Source of the DNA: a virus
Length of the DNA stretch: 64,000 bases
Direction: 5' to 3' (one strand)
IMG/VR virus record: IMGVR_UViG_3300027708_000030
Coordinates: 66,973-130,972 of that record
The translations under genes and the position numbers were made by a program. How positions within the stretch are numbered: position 1 is the stretch's first letter; every line of letters begins with the position of its first letter. Under the pieces are notes generated by a model. It made no database searches and had not been told where the DNA came from. It saw only the letters and a list, made by a program, of their open reading frames with translations. Below, piece after piece: positions 57,445-64,000 of this stretch.

Positions 57445-57917
57445 ACGAAAACGAATTCTATATTGTAATGAAACTCACTTCGGGAGAGCAGGTTATGGCT
57501 GTGCTCAAAGAAGAAGATGATGAACATGTTCTACTTGAATCTCCCATGTGTATAAAAACTATTCCGATAGTTGAACAAAGTCGTGAGCATGTAACTGCAC
57601 ATCCTCTTTGTCAATTCTCGGATGATCGTACATTTGTAATTGCTAAACGAGACATTATGTTCGTTAAGAAGTTGCATCATCTATTTGTTCCTCATTATCA
57701 ACGCATTGTTGCAGAGCATGAGAGAATTTCTTTTGTATCTAAAAACAAAGATGGTTCTGTTGATTCTATAGATGAATTAGAATATGAAGATGATCTTACG
57801 CAAGAAGAAACAGTAAGAAGAATCTCTATGCTAGAAGATTTAGCAAGAATACCTAAAGACGAGGAAGAAGAGAAGAGATACAGAGTCTTTGTTGAAGGAA
57901 ACGAAACAATCAACTAG
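57438..57917 (+). CDS. Conserved hypothetical protein (Sm-like KL.SGE N-terminus) between uvsW and gp55
   Basis: GAGGTGG RBS; conserved position in T4-like environmental phages. Confidence 0.75.
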   Translation: MLDENEFYIVMKLTSGEQVMAVLKEEDDEHVLLESPMCIKTIPIVEQSREHVTAHPLCQFSDDRTFVIAKRDIMFVKKLHHLFVPHYQRIVAEHERISFVSKNKDGSVDSIDELEYEDDLTQEETVRRISMLEDLARIPKDEEEEKRYRVFVEGNETIN

Positions 57918-58008
57918 AGGTAACGATCAACCCTAACATAGTGATTATGTCTCAAGTCAATTAAAAAAGCAAATTTATTTTATCTACAACTTTGCAATCC
58001 AATAAGAT

Positions 58009-58037
58009 TTGTCTTTTCGTCATGATTGATGTATACT
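58009..58037 (+). promoter_or_regulatory. Sigma70-type promoter upstream of gp55
   Basis: TTGTCT-17 nt-TATACT; same -35 hexamer as the promoter at 62928. Confidence 0.7.
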
Positions 58038-58073
58038 TATGAATAACTTGAATTAAATGAGGAACGAGTATGT

Positions 58074-58637
58074 ATGGCACAATATGTAAATAACGCTGAT
58101 TTTTTAGCAGCTATCGTTGAGATGCGAGCTAAGAAAAAAGAAGCTGAAGAAAAAGGTTTACCGAAACCTCAAGTAAGTAATTACATTGGTGAATGCATTC
58201 TTAAGATAGCAAACCATCTTTCTTATAAACCAAACTTTATCAATTACTCCTATCGTGAGGAGATGATATCTGATGGCGTTGAAAACTGTCTTCAGTATAT
58301 TGATAACTTTGATCCCACCAAATCCAATAATCCATTTGCATATTTTACGCAGATTATCTGGTATGCATTTCTGCGAAGGATTGCTAAGGAAAAGAAACAA
58401 AGTTATATTAAAGGTAAGTTGATTCAAGACATGCCCTTTGAAATGTTTGAGTTACAAGAACAAGATGACACAGGTGAATTTCATAATGCGTATTTAGACT
58501 TCATGCAGCAGAATCATACATTCGATGATTTCATTGGACGTAAGAAAGAAAAGGCTGCAAAGAAAAAGATGGAAAATACATTGAACAGTTTTTTGGATGA
58601 TGAAAATGACACAGGACATAAGACAGTGGATTCGTGA
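58074..58637 (+). CDS. gp55: Late-transcription sigma factor gp55
   Basis: YVNN..FL, YIGEC.LKIA.HLSYKPNFINY.YREEMISDG.ENC.QY..NFDP.KS.NPFAYFTQI. Confidence 0.96.
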   Translation: MAQYVNNADFLAAIVEMRAKKKEAEEKGLPKPQVSNYIGECILKIANHLSYKPNFINYSYREEMISDGVENCLQYIDNFDPTKSNNPFAYFTQIIWYAFLRRIAKEKKQSYIKGKLIQDMPFEMFELQEQDDTGEFHNAYLDFMQQNHTFDDFIGRKKEKAAKKKMENTLNSFLDDENDTGHKTVDS

Positions 58638-59796
58638 GTTAGCAGCAGGACATAAAACAGTGACGAGATCTTACCCTGCACTGGCAAGAAGTTTAAAAAG
58701 TAGACGAAAAAAACAAGGCAAAAAACTTCTTAGAAAATATGTATGGGATACATACGATAACCAATTTGATTTGAATGAGATTATGAGTAATAATGAAAAA
58801 ATATTTTTAGGTGTTTCTGATTTCGAAGACTTAGTCACAGTCGAAATTATGAAGCGTCGTGTTGATGCAAAACTATCAACTGTACAACGAGAAACAACTG
58901 TTCTCTGCGATCGTCAACGATGGTCCAAATGGGCAGAAGATCAATACAAAGATTGTTTGTTCGTGCAAAGTAATGCATCGACTGGATTTATTATTGAAGA
59001 AAATACTAACAACTTTATCAAGTTTGATGTTAACTCTAATTCAACCACTGTTCGTGCATTTGGTGATGTTGAATTTGCAGAAGACATGATTGAAATTGTT
59101 GAAGAAAACTTTGATGTGGTTTCTTCTTACATTGAATGGGTATATGGTGCTGATGGCAACTCCGTTAATGTTCCATTGAATCGTGACCGCATGCCTGTTG
59201 AAGAAATGTATCCATTCCTCAAAGGCGAATCCCTTGGCGATTATTACGATCGTTATATGGAATCTTCTGCTAACATTCTCCTACTAATTGGACCTCCAGG
59301 AACTGGTAAGACTACATTCATTCGTGGTCTGCTTGCTCATCGCAACTGCTCTGCAATCGTAACTTATGATGCTGGCATTCTTGAGAAAGATGGGTTCTTC
59401 GCAAAGTTCATCGAGGATGACGCAGAGATTATGGTTCTTGAAGACAGTGATGCATTCTTGAAATCTCGTAGCGATGGTAACACAATGATGCATCGTTTCT
59501 TGAATGTGGGTGATGGTCTTGTTACAACTAAAGGTAAGAAGATGATTTTCTCTACCAATCTTCCAAGTGTTCGTGATATTGACTCTGCTCTTATTCGTCC
59601 AGGAAGATGTTTTGACATCGTTGAATTTAAACCATTGTCTTTGTTCGATGCTAAAAAACTCGCAGAAAAACTAGGTGCAACAATACCAGAACGAAAAGGT
59701 GGTGATGTTGTAGAATTCTCTATTGCAGAATTGTTTAATCGACAATCTGAAGGCAGCAAACAATCACAAGTAAATAGAAAGGTAGGTTTCATTTGA
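58606..59796 (+). CDS. AAA+ ATPase (classic/BCS1-like clade); start uncertain (58597, 58606 or 58783)
   Basis: Walker A GPPGTGKT, Walker B MVLEDSD, sensor STN, second region of homology IDSALIRPGRCFD. Confidence 0.85.
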   Translation: MTQDIRQWIRELAAGHKTVTRSYPALARSLKSRRKKQGKKLLRKYVWDTYDNQFDLNEIMSNNEKIFLGVSDFEDLVTVEIMKRRVDAKLSTVQRETTVLCDRQRWSKWAEDQYKDCLFVQSNASTGFIIEENTNNFIKFDVNSNSTTVRAFGDVEFAEDMIEIVEENFDVVSSYIEWVYGADGNSVNVPLNRDRMPVEEMYPFLKGESLGDYYDRYMESSANILLLIGPPGTGKTTFIRGLLAHRNCSAIVTYDAGILEKDGFFAKFIEDDAEIMVLEDSDAFLKSRSDGNTMMHRFLNVGDGLVTTKGKKMIFSTNLPSVRDIDSALIRPGRCFDIVEFKPLSLFDAKKLAEKLGATIPERKGGDVVEFSIAELFNRQSEGSKQSQVNRKVGFI

Positions 59797-60848
59797 AGGT
59801 AGCCATTATTACAGATCAACACTTTGGTGCTCGTAATGATAGTATTGCTTTTTTAGACTTCTTCGAAAAATTCTATGACAATACTTTCTTTCCTGCTCTT
59901 GATGCAAATTCTATTGACACTGTTCTTGTTCTTGGCGATACTTTTGATAGAAGGAAGTATGTCAACTTCTACGCACTTGACAGAGCAAAGAAAATGTTCT
60001 TCGACAAGTTGGAAGAGCGTGGTATTAGAGTGCACATGCTGGCTGGTAATCACGACACTTATTATAAAAATACTAATGAGGTAAACTCTCCAGATTTACT
60101 TCTAGTTGAATACGGTAACATTGATGTTATCTCCAAACCAGAAACAATAGTTATTGATGGAACATCCATCTGTATGTTGCCATGGATTTGTCCAGAGAAC
60201 TATCAAGAATCTCTGGATCATATTAAAAACACTAAAGCCGAAATCTGCATGGGACATCTTGAGATCGCTGGCTTTGCAATGTATAGAGGAATGGAATCAC
60301 ACGATGGCTTGGCTAAAGAAACTTTTGAGAAGTTTGATTTGGTTTTTTCTGGGCACTATCACCATAGGAGTAGTGATCAGCATATTCATTATCTCGGAAA
60401 TCCGTACGAACTTACATGGCAGGACTATAACGATCCCAGAGGATTCCACCTGTTCGATCTTAGTACAAGAGAACTTGAATTCATTTGCAATCCTTATCGA
60501 ATGTTTGAACGAATCGAATACAACGACAAAGACCAAGAACCTGTCGACTTAGACACAATTGAACTTGAGCAGAAATATGTAAAGTTAGTAGTTGTAAACA
60601 AGAATGACTTTTATAAATTTGACAAATTCATTCAGAAGTTGTATAATAAGGGTTGTCATGAGATCAAGATTATTGAAGACATGTCAGAGTTTCAAGATGG
60701 TGAGATTGGTGAAGAACTTAATCTCGAAGATACGGTATCTGTTCTCACCCATTACATTGATAGTATTGAAACTGATGTTGACAAAGAACAAATCAAGACA
60801 TACATGAGAACACTTTACACTGAGGCAATCAACATCGAGGTAGTATGA
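59793..60848 (+). CDS. gp47: Recombination endonuclease subunit gp47 (Mre11-like)
   Basis: Metallophosphoesterase motifs DQHFG, LGD.FD, GNHD, SGHYH; TTG start in a TTGA overlap. Confidence 0.95.
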   Translation: MKVAIITDQHFGARNDSIAFLDFFEKFYDNTFFPALDANSIDTVLVLGDTFDRRKYVNFYALDRAKKMFFDKLEERGIRVHMLAGNHDTYYKNTNEVNSPDLLLVEYGNIDVISKPETIVIDGTSICMLPWICPENYQESLDHIKNTKAEICMGHLEIAGFAMYRGMESHDGLAKETFEKFDLVFSGHYHHRSSDQHIHYLGNPYELTWQDYNDPRGFHLFDLSTRELEFICNPYRMFERIEYNDKDQEPVDLDTIELEQKYVKLVVVNKNDFYKFDKFIQKLYNKGCHEIKIIEDMSEFQDGEIGEELNLEDTVSVLTHYIDSIETDVDKEQIKTYMRTLYTEAINIEVV

Positions 60849-61165
60849 TGCAACAACTTGAGATTGAGTATTTCTTTTCACTGACAGAACAGATTAATCT
60901 TGACTTAGATTTCACGCAAACCGAAAAGTATATTTTAGATAAGCGAGCCGAACAGTTAAAAAATTCTACTGTATTATCTGGTTCTTATTTGCTTAGTACT
61001 GGTGGTACTGGGACTGCTTGGACTACCATCTCTAATAATCTTGGTAATCCATCCTTTACTATTAATGTTGATGCAATGCCGATTACTATTATCTCTAAAA
61101 AGAAACCCAATTTTATATTGAAGTTTATGTATAAATCTATGGGTATGAAATGGAAGGCTGAATGA
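60845..61165 (+). CDS. Hypothetical protein between gp47 and gp46
   Basis: ATGA overlaps at both ends; GAGG RBS. Confidence 0.7.
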   Translation: MMQQLEIEYFFSLTEQINLDLDFTQTEKYILDKRAEQLKNSTVLSGSYLLSTGGTGTAWTTISNNLGNPSFTINVDAMPITIISKKKPNFILKFMYKSMGMKWKAE

Positions 61166-62880
61166 TCGTATTTAAAAGCGTACAGTGGAAGAACTTTTTA
61201 TCCACTGGCAACTCACCGAACAAAGTATTACTAAACAAGTCGCAGACTACTCTTATCATTGGTAAGAATGGTGAAGGTAAGAGCACAATCTTAGATGCAT
61301 TGTGCTTTTCGTTATTCGGTAAACCATTCCGTAATATCAACAAAGGACAGTTGGTCAACTCCATCAATGGTAAGGGTTGCTCTGTTGAAGTTGAGTTTGA
61401 CATCAATGGTAAAGAATATAAAATCATTCGTGGTATCAAACCCAATGTATTTGAAATCTGGCAAGATGGTGAGATGATTAACCAAGATGCTGCATCAAGA
61501 GACTATCAAAAGATTCTTGAACAGCAGATTCTTAAACTGAACTACAAGACATTCACGCAAGTTGTTATCCTTGGTTCTGCATCGTTTGTTCCATTCATGC
61601 AGTTACCAACAAGTCAACGAAGAGAAGTTATCGAAGACATTCTCGACATTCGTATTTTCTCTACAATGAATCAGTTATTGAAAGAGAAAGCACAGGAAAC
61701 TAAAGATGCTATTGCCAAAATTGAAAACGAAATATCGACTGCGAAGACAAAGGTTGATGCGCAGACACAACTCATCAAAACTATCAATGAAGCGAAGAGT
61801 AGTGCCATCGAAAGTATCGCCACAAAAATTACTGCAAACAATGCTGAGATTTTATCTGCTGAGGGCGAGATCGAATCTATCCTTTCGGAGATCAATACTC
61901 TTAAAGCAAGCATCAATGACAAGGAAACTGTTGCTGAAGATATCGACAAAGCCAAGTCAATCAAGTCCAAGTTACTCCAGAAAATCGAAACTTGTGAGCA
62001 CAACACAGAGTTCTTTAGTGAACATGATGTTTGCCCATCGTGCAACCAAGATATTGCAGAAGAATACAAAGAATCGATCGTCAAAGATCTTAATGATAAG
62101 TTGCTGGACAACAACACAAAGATCAGTGAACTCGAAGGAATCCTCTCCAATCTTAATGCGAAACTATCTCAGATTACTAAAATCCAATCAGAGATTACCA
62201 GCAAAAATATTGAACTATCTACACGAAACTCTACGATCACCTTACTCAATAAACAAGTTAAAGAGATGCAGGCTGAAATCGAAAGCGCAAAAACTGATAC
62301 AACAAATATCGATGAAGAGAAAGCCAAGTTAAAAGAACTTGCCACTGAAGCAATTGTTAAGATTCATACTAAGACAACTCTAAATGAACAGCGTAATCTT
62401 GAAGAAGTCGCCAATATCCTATTAAAAGATACTGGTATCAAGACAGCAATCATTCGTGAGTATCTACCTATCATGAATAAGTTGATCAACAAGTATCTCC
62501 AAGCAATGGATGCTTACATTCACTTTGAACTAGACGAAGCATTCAACGAATCAGTTAAGTCTAGATTCAGAGATGACTTTACCTATGCTTCATTTAGTGA
62601 GGGTGAAAAAATGAGGATAGATTTAGCAATCCTATTCACATGGAGACAGATTGCAAAAATGAAGAACTCCGTCAATACAAACCTACTGTTGTTGGATGAG
62701 ATCTTCGATTCATCTTTGGACACAGCAGGAACAGATTACTTCCTTAATCTAATGAATCAATTCGGAGAGAACACAAACATCTTTGTTATTTCCCACAAGG
62801 GTGATCAGTTGTTTGACAAGTTCAGATCCGTCATTAGGTTCGAAAAACGCAATGATTTTTCCATTATTGCAACTAAGTAA
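61162..62880 (+). CDS. gp46: Recombination endonuclease subunit gp46 (Rad50-like)
   Basis: WKNFLSTGN, GKNGEGKST, CPSC zinc hook, FSEGE signature, LLDEIFDSSLD, ISH. Confidence 0.96.
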   Translation: MIVFKSVQWKNFLSTGNSPNKVLLNKSQTTLIIGKNGEGKSTILDALCFSLFGKPFRNINKGQLVNSINGKGCSVEVEFDINGKEYKIIRGIKPNVFEIWQDGEMINQDAASRDYQKILEQQILKLNYKTFTQVVILGSASFVPFMQLPTSQRREVIEDILDIRIFSTMNQLLKEKAQETKDAIAKIENEISTAKTKVDAQTQLIKTINEAKSSAIESIATKITANNAEILSAEGEIESILSEINTLKASINDKETVAEDIDKAKSIKSKLLQKIETCEHNTEFFSEHDVCPSCNQDIAEEYKESIVKDLNDKLLDNNTKISELEGILSNLNAKLSQITKIQSEITSKNIELSTRNSTITLLNKQVKEMQAEIESAKTDTTNIDEEKAKLKELATEAIVKIHTKTTLNEQRNLEEVANILLKDTGIKTAIIREYLPIMNKLINKYLQAMDAYIHFELDEAFNESVKSRFRDDFTYASFSEGEKMRIDLAILFTWRQIAKMKNSVNTNLLLLDEIFDSSLDTAGTDYFLNLMNQFGENTNIFVISHKGDQLFDKFRSVIRFEKRNDFSIIATK

Positions 62881-62927
62881 GTAGTCACTTCTCTCCAAGC
62901 CCTGTAGATTCGGGGTAAAAATAAATG

Positions 62928-62956
62928 TTGTCTTTAATTAATGACTGGTGTATAAT
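62928..62956 (+). promoter_or_regulatory. Sigma70-type early promoter
   Basis: TTGTCT-17 nt-TATAAT with an A-rich UP-like element upstream. Confidence 0.8.
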
Positions 62957-62980
62957 AGTCGTTATATTATGGAGAAAACT

Positions 62981-63154
62981 ATGCAAAATCAATGGAGTGG
63001 TTTCGATGACTTTGAGTTGGCTTGTTTGTGCGCTGATTACGGATATGAAGATGTTCTTGACATTGTAGAAATACTTCCTGTAAAATTGGCGAATCGTGCA
63101 GAAATTGAAGCACTACTAACAAAACATGAATTTGAATTAGCATTTGGAGAATAA
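62981..63154 (+). CDS. Small acidic hypothetical (early) protein
   Basis: GGAG RBS then ATG at 62981, just downstream of the promoter; 57 aa. Confidence 0.7.
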   Translation: MQNQWSGFDDFELACLCADYGYEDVLDIVEILPVKLANRAEIEALLTKHEFELAFGE

Positions 63155-63157
63155 ATA

Positions 63158-64000
63158 ATGGAAATGAAAGCAACTGATCTCTCCGCAAAATTACTGGCAA
63201 CTGAAAATCTTTCAGTGATTCGTGCCAGAACTCGCACTGCATCTTTTGACATCAAGAGTCGTATCCTGACTCTGCCGATGTGGAAAGATATGACTCCCGA
63301 AATTGAAGATATGTTAGTTGGTCACGAAGTGGGTCATGCCCTTTACACTGATGGTACATATATTGAACCACTAAAACTATACCCTAAGTTACACTCATAC
63401 ATGAACGTCTTAGAAGATGTTCGTATCGAGAAACTTATCAAACGCAAGTATCCAGGATTGCGCAAACGCATGAACGAAGGATACAAGCAACTCAATGATC
63501 GTGACTTCTTTGGCACGAAACAAATTCAAGACTTTGACGAACTTTTACTCATTGACAAAATCAATCTTTACTTTAAGGCTGGTTTCCAGTGTGGTGTAAC
63601 ATTCACACCTGACGAAAAGACATTTGTGAATCGTGCTGAACGAACTGAGACAATCGATGAAATCATTGCATTGGCAAACGATATCTATGCATATTCTAAA
63701 CAAGTTGCCGAGGAACGCAAGCAACAACAACAATTTGAAGACGCTGAAGATAGTGACGATGAAGAAGACGAAGATCCATTTGATGGTGACTTTGATATCA
63801 ATGCTGATGATGATTTTGATGAACAAAATGATGATAACGACGATGATCTGAAACCATCTAAAAAGAATAAACAATCTACTTTACAAAATGACGACAAGTC
63901 AGAGTTAGGTGATGACCTAGAATCTAAAACAGAAAGAGCATTCCAAAACAAATTGGAAGACCTTGCTGATGATTCTACTGAATACAGATACTGGAAATTT
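63158..64000 (+). CDS. CobT-like / HEXXH metallopeptidase-like protein, 3'-partial
   Basis: Absent from the ORF track because it runs off the window. N-terminus translated by hand: MEMKATDLSAKLLATENLSV..TASFD.KSR.L.LP.W..LVGHEVGHALYT..NVLEDVRIEK..YPG, then an acidic linker; GGAG RBS. Confidence 0.85.
   Translation, partial: MEMKATDLSAKLLATENLSVIRARTRTASFDIKSRILTLPMWKDMTPEIEDMLVGHEVGHALYTDGTYIEPLKLYPKLHSYMNVLEDVRIEKLIKRKYPGLRKRMNEGYKQLNDRDFFGTKQIQDFDELLLIDKINLYFKAGFQCGVTFTPDEKTFVNRAERTETIDEIIALANDIYAYSKQVAEERKQQQQFEDAEDSDDEEDEDPFDGDFDINADDDFDEQNDDNDDDLKPSKKNKQSTLQNDDKSELGDDLESKTERAFQNKLEDLADDSTEYRYWKF

Noticed and set aside
44189-62880. Introns, inteins or homing endonucleases in terminase, portal, capsid, uvsW or gp46/47
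   Set aside because: The genes are continuous and of normal length, with no HNH, GIY-YIG, LAGLIDADG or intein motifs seen.
106-63951. Minus-strand and alternative-frame ORFs in the track (e.g. 35781-36293, 47396-47842, 59364-59822, 61706-62332)
   Set aside because: They are shadows of recognisable plus-strand genes, explained by codon bias, and lack recognisable motifs.
1-64000. Stop-codon reassignment or tRNA genes
   Set aside because: Core genes are full length in the standard code and end in TAA, TAG or TGA; intergenic gaps are short and no cloverleaf was recognised.
1-64000. Host assignment
   Set aside because: Gene order resembles aquatic T4-like phages and the promoters are sigma70-like, but no host-derived marker gene lies in this window.

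Overview
This 64-kb window is part of a large, AT-rich T4-like (Tevenvirinae/cyanomyovirus-style gene order) myophage genome. Every credible gene is on the + strand in the standard genetic code. Gene order: baseplate (gp5, 5'-truncated, with GH19-type and M15-type lytic domains; PAAR gp5.4; gp25; gp6; gp7; gp8; a 2098-aa VrlC-like protein), then a ~26-kb array of about 35 fibre, adaptor and chaperone genes (15.7-41.6 kb), then neck/tail/head genes (gp13, 14, 15, 17, 18, 19, 20, 21, 22, 23, 3), then uvsY, uvsW, gp55, an inserted AAA+ ATPase, gp47, gp46 and a 3'-truncated CobT-like HEXXH protein. The most unusual part is the fibre array. It is built from a small set of reused parts: a few N-terminal docking-peptide classes, repeated beta-domains, and five families of tip domains, almost all with their own chaperone. 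These include five ~50-aa ORFs missing from the ORF track. Near-identical 27-60-nt DNA blocks sit at module boundaries and could act as recombination anchors. Ribosome-binding sites and late promoters are written into conserved gene ends. Together this suggests a branched, shufflable receptor-binding apparatus. All family assignments come from motif recognition and synteny, with no database searches. No RNA genes, CRISPR arrays, introns, reverse transcriptase or site-specific recombinase were recognised.
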